In this document: positions 1-11,300 of the stretch, one piece after another
Position numbering within the stretch: position 1 is the stretch's first letter
Layout of the letters: every line of letters begins with the position of its first letter
DNA from: Eledone cirrhosa
Taxonomy: Eukaryota
NCBI GenBank assembly: GCA_964016885.1
Contig: OZ024749.1
Location: 34,100,001-34,164,000, forward strand
Length of the DNA stretch: 64,000 nucleotides
Direction: 5' to 3'
Notes under the pieces: model-generated
What the model saw: the letters and a program-made list of their open reading frames with translations, nothing else
Database searches by the model: none
What the model was told of the DNA's origin: nothing
Position numbers and translations under genes: made by a program

Positions 1-996
1 CTTCAGTACCATTCATAAGATGGAAACTTCTGATGATAGTTAATAGTTTCTCATACAGATCTCAATTGCGTTGCCCACATATTAATATGAATACTGGTAC
101 AGCAAGGAATATTGTTAAGGGGTGCAAATGCCTGTGGAATGCACAGTCACTTGCATGTTAATTTCATGAGCATGCAGTTCCGTTCATTAAATCAATTGGA
201 GCACCTGTCACCCAGCAACAACATATATAGGGTGGGTGGAAAGAAAGTTTCATATTGAAAATTACTTTTGATAATTTCACACCATTTGCATGAAAGAAGC
301 AAAATATATTGTAATCCCTAAAGTAATAGAAGCTCATTGCTAATTTCTGTTTTGGGTGTTGAATGACAAGGGTAGCCTACAGTGGCACAACCCCTGGCAC
401 AGCATGAGCCTACTCAGCTAGCATCCCGTTACAAAGTGTGGCTGACCGTGGTAAAGTGCTGAGATGATGGGTATTGTTTATGGACCTCTTGCTTCAGTAG
501 ATGTCAAACCCATTAGAAACTGTCATTCCAAGCTGATGAGTTTAAGATCTGTGATAGATATCCACTGAAGAGGTCATTCTTCAACATCCAGATTGGAGGA
601 AAATATACAAATGTGTATGCTGATGTATGACGGTACCGGTAAATTGATTGTCGGAAACCTGTAAACAACGACATCATTGTTCACCATTAATTCGTAAATT
701 TTTTTTAAAATAAAAACATAATAACCATGTCCTGAAGAAGCTAATTATCGTATCAGTAATGTATGTAAATCTATTCTTTAGACATTACACCATTATCCTA
801 TTTGCATAGTGATTCAAACATGATTACATCATTCTTATTTAAAATATATGTAGCAATTAGTTAACATTAATCAATGTTGTAACACAATTACTGCATCAAG
901 AATCATTTTAGTCATTTAAAAGCACAAACACTTTTAGCTTTACTTTATGTGTGTGTGGGGGGGGGTTATATATATATATATATATATATATATACT

Positions 997-1140
997 GTTA
1001 TATTTGGGGTGGTCATGCTGTTAATATTGCCAATAGAAAGAAAACACACGCACCATATAATTTTCACTTTATTTCTATTGTTCGTTATTCATTCGTTTGT
1101 CTAAGTTATTTTGTCACACACTCTGTGACCTCAGATACAT
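997..1140 (-). mobile_element. Decayed 3' terminus of the PLE family seen at 13155-14560
   Basis: Shares ttatatttggggtggtcat/aatattgccaata/acacgcacca/ttttcactt with 13155-13230 and 16400-16500; decayed HHR-like GTCAC..GTGAC(G)AAA stem at 1100-1135. Confidence 0.55.
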
Positions 1141-1309
1141 AAACGTGCATGTGTGCGTGGGGGGGGGGGGGGGTAAGTAAGTATGTTTTAAAACAGCGAG
1201 CGAGTTTGAAATTAGAATTAGGAGCTTTCGCCGTATTGTGACTGAGGAAAATTTGGCCTGATAGTGGGGTTTAGAATCCTCTAAGAAATGGAAAAAGATG
1301 AGTATTGAC

Positions 1310-1422
<113 letters not shown>

Positions 1423-1507
1423 GGGGTGTGTGGTGATTCAGTAGATTTGTGGTTTACTGAAGAAGGTACCTATATTAGCACTCTGAGCCTCAATGTGAAA
1501 CTTTGTA

Positions 1508-1564
1508 TTTTATCTGATGAGAGCGTACCAACGTTTTGGTACCCTTGAAATATATATAATAGAA
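1508..1564 (+). ncRNA. Type I hammerhead ribozyme, minimal, palindromic stem III
   Basis: ttttat CTGATGA gagcgtaccaa-cgt-tttggtaccctt GAAA tatata TA atagaa; helix I ttttat/atagaa, AUA cleavage triplet. Confidence 0.85.
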
Positions 1565-1665
1565 CAAATATGGTTTTATAAATATAGTTTCCATTTATTA
1601 ATATCATTGATATTATACTCCAGAAAAGCTGTCGAGTGTTTCGAATCTGTTATAAATATATATAT
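1508..1665 (+). mobile_element. HHR plus bulged-hairpin cassette (same family as 21505-21665)
   Basis: HHR followed by tail aaatatggttttataaat..ACTC-CAG-aaaag-CTG-tc-GAGT (1617-1637), ending in TA run. Confidence 0.7.
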
Positions 1666-1719
1666 TTGTTGAATTACTAACAAATTAAATATCCCTTTGC
1701 TTATATATATATATATATA

Positions 1720-2312
1720 TCTTCCTGGGGATTCCATAAGCCTGTAAGATCTTCATCAGGCAGTGACGGTCCACAGAATCAAAGGCCTTCCTAAAGTTAA
1801 TGAAAACCATGACCGCAGGAAGGCACTTTGCTTTAGCTCCCTCTAATAACCTCCTCAGCATCAGGATGTGACTGGTGGTTGATCTTCCCTCTCTGAAGCC
1901 GTTCTGGTTGTCCCTGAGCTTCTTCTCCATCTCAGACTGGATCCTGTTAAGAATCATCCTGTTGAGGGTCTTTGCCACAAGTGACGTCAGTGAGATTCCC
2001 TGTAGTTGTTGGTGTTATAGAGATCTCCTTTCTTTAGCACTGGGACAATGTTACTGATCCTCCACTGATTCGGGGCAACTCCTTTCTCCAGTGCCCGGTT
2101 ACAGAACCCCAGGATGATATCATCAAAATCACACCTCTTCATCACCTCTGATGCCACTCCATCTTCTCCATGAGCCTTGCCCTCCTTGATCCTCTTCTTA
2201 GCTCTCTGAAGCTCCTCTCTGGTGAAGGGCTCTGTCTCAATATCCAGTTCCTCAAACAGCCGCCTGATCTTCCCAGTGCTCGTTATCTGTGAAGGGTGGC
2301 TCTCCTAGTAGG
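1720..2312 (-). pseudogene. RTE-clade LINE reverse transcriptase N-terminal fragment (inverted 5' part of insertion)
   Basis: Translates to ..KKGDLYNTNNYRGISLTSLVAKTLNRMILNRI..QNGFREGRST..FINFRKAFDSV..YGIP, typical non-LTR RT motifs. Confidence 0.9.
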
Positions 2313-2317
2313 GTCCT

Positions 2318-2613
2318 AGGATGAAAACTCAGAGCTGTATGGGAGCCTCCCAAAAGTCAGCTCAAAAGTGACACAGAGGAGACTGAAGTTAGCTGGACAT
2401 GCTCACCGACATCCAGAGTTGACATTGCACTCAGTGCTCCTGTGGGAGCCCCTACATGGACACACTGGAAGAGGAAGACCAAGGTTAACGTATGTTGATG
2501 CCCTAAGGACAGACACTGGTCTGTTGGAGACGCAGGACATGGCAGCGATAATGAGGAACAGAGACCGATGGAGAGAACTCGTCCATGGATCTCGGGAATT
2601 TTACACGCCCTAG
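2318..2613 (+). pseudogene. RTE-clade LINE ORF C-terminus / 3' end
   Basis: RRLKLAGHAHRHPEL..LLWEPLHG..RGRPRLTYVDAL..RDRWR; near-identical to 22870-23165; ends in (TA)n. Confidence 0.9.
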
Positions 2614-2850
2614 ATATATATATATATATATATTCTTTATTTCGTCACACAGTCCGTGACCTGGTCATTGACACAGTTCCTCAAAATGTAATGTTATATG
2701 ATATTGGAGTTGTATGTTTCTGGTTTGAAGGTGCATGACTTATTGGATAGAGTGTTAGGCGGCGCGTTGTGACATTCAGCAATACACTACTTGATATTAC
2801 TTGTCCATTTGATAGAACGCGAGAAACCAATATTATTATTCTGGATTGAC

Positions 2851-3032
2851 AGTATCAGTAGATGGTCGGACGCTATGCTGCAAGGCAGCACAGAGTTACG
2901 GCCCTTTGCGGTCTAAGTTCAAATCCCGCCGAGGTTAACTTTCCCTTTCCTCCTTACAAGGTCGATAAAATAAAGCACCAGTAATGCACTGGGATAATTG
3001 CTGGCCTTGTGCCAAAAATAGAAGCATTTATT
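2851..3032 (+). mobile_element. tRNA-derived SINE (family A, Deu/Nin-like core)
   Basis: A-box-like tgacagtatcag, B-box gttcaaatcccg, core ccttacaaggtcgataaaataaagcaccag, tail gctggccttgtgccaaaa. Confidence 0.85.
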
Positions 3033-3926
3033 ATGCTAGGCGCCTTATATCTTCTTTACGAAAACATTTTGTCTCTACATGCTATTGAACCAACATAATT
3101 TTAAAGAAATCTATTGTCTGCTGAAATACTAAGGCAATAAAGAATAGTAACTCCTTATATGTTAATTTATACTCTTACTTTTCCAGATCGTGTCAGGGAG
3201 ATTATATTTCCATTCATCTTTCTATTGCTCCTAATATTCTGCAGGTTGCAACTCCTGGCAGGATGGGGCAGTGTTTGGGCTCAGAACGCACAGAGCCATA
3301 TAGAACCCTGAAAAGCATCTCGTCCCAACATTTAAGAATTTCATCAATCCATTAACACATTCATTGGTAATATATTTATCGATTGTGAAAGTACCAAAGA
3401 GTTCGATAGGATTTGAACTCAACAACCAAAGAGCCGGGAAAAATACTGAAGCATTTAATTCGACACACGAACTGTCTAGCCATTGTGCTGCCTTGTCCAT
3501 TGTATTGAACGTGAACTATGATGAACGAAGGATAAAAGTACATTACATTAAATATGGAGGTATCGGCATAAATGAATGATAATGGCAGCCATGTTTTAAT
3601 TTCGTATGAACAATTTCTTGTGAATACTAATGCTACAATTCTAGTTACGCGTGACCCGAATAAATACGCAGACATTACATAAATAATAATGCTTGCTTAT
3701 ATAATCAATGTCGATTATTTACGCTGTCAATATTGTTATTCTTGTTGTGTATATTGTTAATACGCCTGCTGTTTCTACTCTTTCACAGAAGTAATTTATC
3801 GTCCTCAGGGCCCTATATGAAAAACAGTTGGTGTAAACAGCTGAAAGAGATATAAAATGATTAACGTATTCACGCCAGCATAAGGTAAAAGGTAATTATG
3901 TATATACGTAGCAACGCATATACGCC

Positions 3927-3990
<64 letters not shown>

Positions 3991-4165
3991 CAATCTATGC
4001 ATATATTCTTTTACTGTGTTCATGGTCATATTGTATCCTGTCCATATTTTTTCAAGTCTGGTGTACCTTTTTCCGATATTTTTTACTGAAACGCTTTGTA
4101 ATGGGACATAAATGCAAACACAAACATAAATATAGACACACACACGCACACACACACATACACAC

Positions 4166-4215
<50 letters not shown>

Positions 4216-4499
4216 ATACATACGAATACATATAGAGGTGTTTGTAAGTTGATGGATGACATTTTGAGAGTAAGTTTGTGTGTGCATGTGTCTACGTAAA
4301 AATGATTAGCAACATATACATTGATATATGCACAAGATGTTTCATTATTAAGGCGTCAGTTAACCATGATTTATATTAGAAAACATGACCTCATATAGAC
4401 ATCCATATATATGGAAATGCCTGTGTGCTGTTATATGTGTACTTGCATAAGTGTGTACCTCTTTATATATTTTGCTTCCGTTTGCGTATTCCATTGAAA

Positions 4500-4890
4500 C
4501 AGTGATACATCAACAATTGCTTAACACTATATGGACTCAAGCGGGAGATAAACCTGAGAAATTTGAAAATATTGAAAATACCATAAATACCAATATTTAA
4601 TTCGCGATGGAATTTAACAAGGAAAAACTCCTCTTTTCAGATATCTTGATAAAAATAATAGATGGGCAGATTGAAAAAGATACTCAAAAACTCAAAACAA
4701 TACTTACTATTCACATCCTGTGATCCTAAACAGACACAAATAAATATTCCGTTTACTTTGACGAAACGAAAATGCACAATTGTTTCCAAACTGACTTTAT
4801 GAGACCAAAGAGTGATAGAATTACTAAATATCTTAATCTTCTGAAAATTTCTTCCCGTTTTATGGGAAAAGGAATCGAAAGAGCGAAAAG
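4500..4890 (+). pseudogene. Heavily decayed Penelope-like (Neptune-type) RT fragment
   Basis: Frameshifted YINNC(=YIDDC)..IWT..NI*FAMEFNKEKLLFSDILI..SKQYLLFTSCDPKQTQINIPFTL.KR.CTIVS, matching the PLE RT motif C / primer grip / thumb order. Confidence 0.7.
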
Positions 4891-5471
4891 TTTGCAATAT
4901 TTATGGCTGGCAAAAAAATATAACAAAAGAAAACACACTTCCAATTTGTACCATGATATAATCCGAGGAATATTGACATTCATAATAATATTCATTGGAA
5001 TTTACCCATTTTGTATAATGATGAATGAAAAGGAAAAAGTTTGGAGATTCAACAAAATGAAAAGAACAAACAACAACCATAAAATTAGAAAAAAATCATC
5101 AAAATGGCAAATATTCACAAACAGAAGATGCATATATTATCAGGCGGACAACATTAATCAGTGCGACTTACGGTCAGCAGGATGTGACATTGAGGGAAGT
5201 ATAGCTACCCTTTCTAACTATGTCTCTCCATATAATAGATCAGTTATGAAATACATTCTAGTCGTGACCTTCCCAGCTGTTCTAAATTAGATCCGGAACT
5301 ACGTTGTTCAATATACTCTTTATTTAGGAGAGTTGGGCGTGATTTGTGGTAAATCAGGTTGATCATTCTACCGGGTCGAATGGCCATCTTCCCGATTGAA
5401 TATCGAGATAAGTCGATATTTATTCGAATCACATTATTTGTTAAGCAGCTCTCGCTATTTCTCAACGTATA

Positions 5472-5547
<76 letters not shown>

Positions 5548-5724
5548 TTACTGTTTCTCTCTCTCTCACTCTATATATATATATATATAAATATAATTCA
5601 CTCTCTCTCTAACATTTATTTCATTCCTTGAGAGGTTGGTGTAAGGGGTGTTGTGAGGTCTGATTTACTCAGCGTATGTGTGATATGAGGAAGGGATTGA
5701 AGAGATCCGGTTACCTGTACATAA

Positions 5725-5802
<78 letters not shown>

Positions 5803-5876
5803 TTATATATATAAATATAAATTTATATTTATGAATATCTATATCTATCTAAACATATATAGAGAGAGGAGAGGGG

Positions 5877-5911
<35 letters not shown>

Positions 5912-5913
<2 letters not shown>

Positions 5914-6066
5914 TGTTTCTTTATTAGCCACAGGGGCACAAAAGAAGGGGACAAATACAAAGGGAGAAGTTTACATACAATAAAAACGTGTAAAATGTTA
6001 TCACAAATGCAATTTAAAAAGTTAGTCGATTTTCCCCAATAGAGGGAGACAGTTTATATGGGTAAC
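5912..6066 (-). mobile_element. 5'-truncated 3' UTR of Tx1/L1-like LINE in (GATA)n
   Basis: Similar to 6131-6300 and reverse of 60790-60940; bounded by (GATA)n on both sides. Confidence 0.6.
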
Positions 6067-6130
<64 letters not shown>

Positions 6131-6131
<1 letters not shown>

Positions 6132-6525
6132 TATTTCTTTTATTTGCCACTAGGGCATCAAAAGTGGGACAAGTACAAAGGGGGGAGTTTACACAAAAAG
6201 GCGTCCTCAATAAGGAGGAGGCAATAACAAAATATAAAAATAAAATAAGATATAACAAAAAATAAAATTTTTAACAAAATCCTCAATAGAGAGGAGGCGC
6301 CTTGGGGGGTCGCACACACCCCCGAAAAAAGTGTGCAACCCTTCTCCTCAGGAGCACAGAGAAGGGGTGCTCCCTTGGTCTTTCATCTTCCTCACCTATA
6401 GTCTGATGTAGAGTGAAGGCCCATTCACACGGGCCATTCTCGCCACTTTCACCCATCTTTCATAGAAACGGCTGGGGTGCAGCACCTCTCTCTCCATCCT
6501 GATCCTTCTTCCGAAATGATATCGG

Positions 6526-6527
<2 letters not shown>
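6131..6527 (-). mobile_element. 3' end of Tx1/L1-like LINE inserted in (GATA)n
   Basis: ORF end FRYHFGRRIRMEREVLHPSRFYERWVKVARMARVNGPSLYIRL* then 3' UTR ending in aataaa; second copy at 60627-60940. Confidence 0.65.
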
Positions 6528-6598
<71 letters not shown>

Positions 6599-6918
6599 GG
6601 AAGCCTATAAACATATCAGTATATTTGATCAGTTATCCAGTCATGCATAATAAATATTTGTGTATTTGAATTACCGATATTACTAATCGTTTAACATATT
6701 AACTATATTACAAATTCTAACTGCTATCTGATCTCCTACCCATGTGTCGCATAATAATTATTACATCATAATAATTACCTCAGCAGTTCAAAGAAAATAT
6801 TTAAACTGCTTTCAAACATTCTTGCCTTTTCTGAAGCGAAAATACCTTTTCATAAACGAAACTTTTGAATGCAGCACAGGAAATAAAACTCTCACACACG
6901 CAAATACACATACGTACA

Positions 6919-7045
6919 TACCAACACGCGAGTATACAGGCAGATAGACACACACACATACACACCAACACGCGAGTATACAGGCAGATAGACACACACA
7001 CATACACACCAACACGCGAGTATACAGGCAGATAGACACACACAT
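6919..7045. repeat. ~44-bp minisatellite x3
   Basis: accaacacgcgagtatacaggcagatagacacacacacatac repeated three times. Confidence 0.9.
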
Positions 7046-7047
7046 AT

Positions 7048-7092
<45 letters not shown>

Positions 7093-7095
<3 letters not shown>

Positions 7096-7139
7096 ATGAT
7101 TTCTAATGAATGAAACAGTTCTAGTCCTGTAGAATCTCA

Positions 7140-7143
<4 letters not shown>
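7093..7143 (+). mobile_element. Fragment of HHR cassette family 1 between TA tracts
   Basis: tgatgatttctaatgaatgaaacagttctagtcctgtagaatctcatct, matches 7938-7986. Confidence 0.8.
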
Positions 7144-7175
<32 letters not shown>

Positions 7176-7380
7176 CACACACACACACACATATTCACAC
7201 ATATATTCACACAAACACACATATATTCACACATACACACATATATTCACACACACATACACACATATATATATATATATTCACACACACACACACGCAC
7301 ACACACACATATTCACACACACACATATATTCACACACACACATATCCACACACACACATATATATATTCACACACACAC

Positions 7381-7593
7381 ATGATTTTTAATGCGATGAA
7401 ATACCAATGATCGTTGGCAAATCACTGATGAGGGACTCATTTTATAACATGTAATCCATGTGCAACCATGCAGTATTCTTCTCCCCATATTTTCATATAT
7501 ATATATATATATATATATAAACATGAGAAGAAAGAAGAATACGGCGTGGTTCCAAATGGGTTACATATGATAAAAATAGTCCTTCGTCAGTGA
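7381..7593. mobile_element. Two tail-to-tail fragments of a short interspersed family (also 46391-46510) separated by (TA)n
   Basis: 7424-7495 is the reverse complement of 7519-7593 (cactgatgaaggact..atgtaacccat..); contains CTGATGA but no clear complete HHR. Confidence 0.65.
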
Positions 7594-7624
7594 TATATAT
7601 ATATATATAGTTTTAATATAGATG

Positions 7625-7675
7625 AGATTCTACAGGACTAGAACTGTTTCATACTTTAGAAATCATCAGGAATCT
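7625..7675 (-). ncRNA. Type I hammerhead ribozyme (inverted-arm copy)
   Basis: Reverse complement of 7931-7981 with one stem II change. Confidence 0.8.
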
Positions 7676-7846
7676 GGGTATCAAAAAATAAATATGGTAT
7701 TTATAGGCCTCTTCAGGTGGTAGGAGAGGGTGGGGAGTGGGATGGGTGGAGGTCATTGGTTGATAGAATTCTTTCTGCCTTTGTTACTCTAAATATAAAT
7801 TATAGCTTTAAAGAATTAGCTTTTAATGAATTCCCTTTTCTATCAA

Positions 7847-7908
7847 CCAATGACCTCTACCCATCCCACTCCCCACCCTCTCCTACCACCTGAAGAGACC
7901 TATAAATA
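7847..7908 (+). promoter_or_regulatory. Putative Pol II promoter (CCAAT, CACCC-rich tract, TATAAATA) upstream of the HHR
   Basis: CCAAT 7847-7851, ccccaccc ~7871, TATAAATA 7901-7908, 30 nt before HHR helix I. Confidence 0.45.
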
Positions 7909-7930
7909 CCATATTTATTGTTTGATACCC

Positions 7931-7981
7931 AGATTCCTGATGATTTCTAAAGAATGAAACAGTTCTAGTCCTGTAGAATCT
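7931..7981 (+). ncRNA. Type I hammerhead ribozyme
   Basis: AGATTC CTGATGA tttct-aa-agaat GAAA CAG-ttctagtc-CTG TA GAATCT; 6-bp helix I, full stem III, GUA cleavage after 7975. Confidence 0.9.
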
Positions 7982-8067
7982 CATCTATATTAAAACTGTT
8001 ATACTCTGCTTTGTATTGAGTACCTTACTTACTGTGGTTACCTCCGATTCAACCCGGAGTAACGTAC

Positions 8068-8114
<47 letters not shown>

Positions 8115-8115
8115 A

Positions 8116-8208
<93 letters not shown>

Positions 8209-8428
8209 CACACACACATATATATGTATTCACACACATATATATTCACACACACATATATATATATTCACACACACACATATATATGTATTCACACACA
8301 CACACATATATATGTATTCACACACACACACACATATATTCCCTAAAATAGCTAATTAAATACACTCGTGTTTCTCTCCAAAAATATATTCCTCACCTCA
8401 CACGTCTCTTTTTATATTTCTCATTCTA

Positions 8429-8560
8429 TATTCTGATGAAGGACTGACGTTCGATACAGTAAGGGTCATTTCCTACTGTATCAAGCTTTAAACTAATATT
8501 TAGCTTCATTGTAATGTATCGTATTCGTGTGTTGTTTATCCGTTTACTTTTCACATTCAC
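8429..8560 (+). mobile_element. Decayed minimal HHR plus tail (family 6; tail also at 12045-12112, 17025-17100 minus, 24620-24700)
   Basis: CTGATGA aggac-tgac-gttc GATA cag ta aggg; tail tcaagc.ttaaac.aa.at..cttcattgta..ttttcaca. Confidence 0.55.
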
Positions 8561-8676
8561 ACAAAACATCTCTCATTAATACCCAAACACATATGAGAAG
8601 TTACAAGACGAAAATTTATTGAAACATTTACAGTAAATTTACAAGCCAACGAGAGAGATATATGAGGTCTCTCGAC

Positions 8677-8710
<34 letters not shown>

Positions 8711-8788
8711 ATTCAAAACAACAAACAGCGAAAGACGCGTTCCGGACTTGTCCGACCGACAACCTTTTCCCCCACCCCGGAAAAAAAA

Positions 8789-8824
8789 CCCCAGTTGATG
8801 GATGTGAATCCGAAATATATAGGG
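8789..8824 (+). ncRNA. Decayed minimal hammerhead ribozyme
   Basis: ccc CAGTTGA tggat-gtga-atcc GAAA tata TA ggg; two core substitutions. Confidence 0.5.
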
Positions 8825-9060
8825 ACTATTAAATCTCTCCCAAGGTAACTCTCTCTTGTGTTGTTATTTTTATTTTAACCTTTATACTCTTCCCTCATTC
8901 TACACATCTCACACATCTTATACACACCACGCATCTCAACGTACACCCAATTACATCTCTCTCTCCACCACCGGACCTTGTTACCCGGAGATTTACCCAT
9001 TTGCATTGTCGAGGCTTCCAAACGACTTAAAGATATTTACATATATATATATATATATCA

Positions 9061-9254
9061 GATGGGGTGTGGTAAAAAAACCAGGTAGACCATAACCCAC
9101 CAGAGTACTCGACTTAGGGTAGTAGAGTGGTTAATAGGAAAAGAGTCAGGTCCCCGACGGCTGAGCTCCGGCCGTTTCGACAGCTAGATCTCAACGTTCA
9201 GATCTAGCTGTCAAAACGGCCGGAGCTCAGCCTTCGGGGTCCTGACTCTTTTCA
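9061..9254 (-). mobile_element. Fold-back cassette, family 2
   Basis: Palindrome centred ~9195 (gaaaagagtcagg..ctgactcttttc) with tail to the left; (TA)n flanks. Confidence 0.9.
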
Positions 9255-9258
9255 TATA

Positions 9259-9307
<49 letters not shown>

Positions 9308-9309
<2 letters not shown>

Positions 9310-9498
9310 CGAAGGAAATGTGGTAAGGAACCAGGTGGACCATAACGCACCAAAGTACTCAATACTTAGGGTAGTAGAGTGGGTAATAGGAACGAGTATG
9401 ACCCCGACGGCTGAGCTCAAGCCGTTTCGACGGCTAATTCTGGACTCAGAATTAGCCGTCGAAACGACTTGAGCTCAGCCGTCGGGGTCCTACTCGTT

Positions 9499-9501
<3 letters not shown>
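9308..9501 (-). mobile_element. Fold-back cassette, family 2
   Basis: Palindrome centred ~9444; tail contains gtactcaatacttagggtagtagagt (bulged hairpin on minus strand). Confidence 0.9.
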
Positions 9502-9556
<55 letters not shown>

Positions 9557-9827
9557 CATATATGTGTGTATGTGTGTGTTTCCTTTTAATATTTGTATAT
9601 GCCCTGTAACTGTTCATCAAAATGTGATCGATAAAATAAATGCTGAGATCGATCTGATGTACTGAATCCTTTCATGGCGGTGCCTCGGGATGGTTGGCTA
9701 CAGTCTAATGACTGAAAACAAACATATATACATGTATGGGAAGGATATATATTTGTGTGTGTGTCAACGCCAGTTTAAGTTGCTTAAATTGAATTATAGA
9801 CAGCACCAAATCGAACACTCTCTCACC

Positions 9828-9877
<50 letters not shown>

Positions 9878-10135
9878 GTAGGAGGTGAGTTTTATTGTAG
9901 TACAATAAAGCAATGCAGATATCGGATAAGAAGCACTCTACAGTTTGTAGGACTGGAGTATACATAATATATAAGATCAAAAGATGGTTAAAGGAGTTCC
10001 ATGTATTTTATTATGCGCATTTCAAAAACAAACATCATCATGCAATAATATTTGTGTTTTCATCAGATAAAACAGGAGGACATGATATGAAGGCTAAAAA
10101 ACACTTGTGGATAGTGCAGTTTTAAAACTTTTCAC

Positions 10136-10546
10136 ATATGTACGTATGAATTCACCGAACATTTATTATAATGCTCGGTGTGTCTGTACGTATACATACT
10201 TATTTTTAAGTAACAGCCGTACTAAGTGTGAGAAATGAAATTTCGTTTCATTTTTTCCGTTTATCGTTTTCGGTGCGCCCGGCCGATTAACTCACTCAAT
10301 ATGCAAATTAGGCTGCTCAGCCGTTAATATGCATAAGGAAAGTATATACTTTCAGACGTTCAATCATCTGGCAGGAAGATATACGTTGCTGACGATAGCT
10401 AATAAGCTTGAAACTAGTACAGCATACCTTTGTCAGTGTTGAACAAATGAGCAACGATGGTTGCTAGACACGGCTTAATTCGGGATGTTTATTTACAAAC
10501 ACACCGAGCATTATAATAAATGTTCGGTGAATCCATATGTACATAT
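10136..10546 (+). mobile_element. HHR-containing element with ~50-bp terminal inverted repeat
   Basis: 10136-10188 is the reverse complement of 10494-10546; internal ATGCAAAT at ~10301 and HHR at 10385. Confidence 0.75.
10385..10423 (+). ncRNA. Minimal type I hammerhead ribozyme
   Basis: gttg CTGACGA tagct-aata-agctt GAAA ctag TA cagc; palindromic stem III CTAG. Confidence 0.85.
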
Positions 10547-10817
10547 ATATATATGTGTGCATGTATGTATATATATATATACATACTACTGTACGTCTGT
10601 ATACATATATGTATGTACGTATACATACTTATATCTAATATATATATATATGTATAGCGGCTCGTTTATCGGTCGCTGTCTTCAATTTGCATAGTTGTAT
10701 AAACGTAATGTTATAACTCCAAGGTAAAATTCCTTGTTGAGTGCTTTAGCTGCACATCCCGACTGCATTCGTTAGCGTGGCTCCAACCAGAGCTTCGATT
10801 ATGTTGTACTTCTTTCT

Positions 10818-10850
<33 letters not shown>

Positions 10851-11123
10851 GATTCTCTTTATTTTTCAATTCACATTCCACCGTTGCGAAACTTATTTGG
10901 GTTTCGAGGTTCAAATTCGTCTACAGAACAGGTTTGAATTTCGAAATTTAAATATGTCCAGGAATCATGGCTGTTGCCAATATAAGCTTGTCTTTATTGA
11001 CTTATATCGAGACAGACAAATTGTATTTACTTTAATTAGTTTATTTCATTAATGGCTAACTTTGTCTGTTGCAATATGAACACATTTCGTGTTTATCATA
11101 TATTTTAAATATATATATATATA

Positions 11124-11300
11124 TAGGAAAAGAGTTAGGACCCGACAGCTGAGCTCCGGCCGTTTCGACAGCTAGTTCGGATCTAGCTGTCGAAACGGCC
11201 GGAGCTTCGAGAGTCGGGGACCTGACTCTTTTCCTATTACCCACTCTACGAGTACTCTGGTGCGTTATGGCCCACTTGGTATCTTACCACACCTTCTTTG
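11124..11300 (+). mobile_element. Fold-back cassette, family 2
   Basis: Palindrome centred ~11178; internally deleted tail hairpin (actctacgagtact). Confidence 0.88.

Larger units (their letters stand above)
7610..8068 (+). mobile_element. Fold-back HHR cassette, family 1 (~160-bp inverted arms plus unique 3' tail)
   Basis: Arms 7610-7767 and 7839-7996; tail with ACTC-TGC-ttt-GTA-tt-GAGT at 8003-8021; (TA)n on both flanks. Confidence 0.9.

Noticed and set aside
228-600. Decayed Tc1/mariner transposase end on minus strand
   Set aside because: Only a vague resemblance; no partner TIR or clean motif.
615-668. HHR-like ctgatgta..ggaaacctgta
   Set aside because: Core and helix I too degenerate.
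4772-5290. 172-aa ORF as a host gene
   Set aside because: Overlaps the decayed PLE RT region; AT-rich with no independent motif.
7398-7440. Permuted (type II) hammerhead: GAAA before CTGATGA
   Set aside because: Could not form stems I-III consistently.
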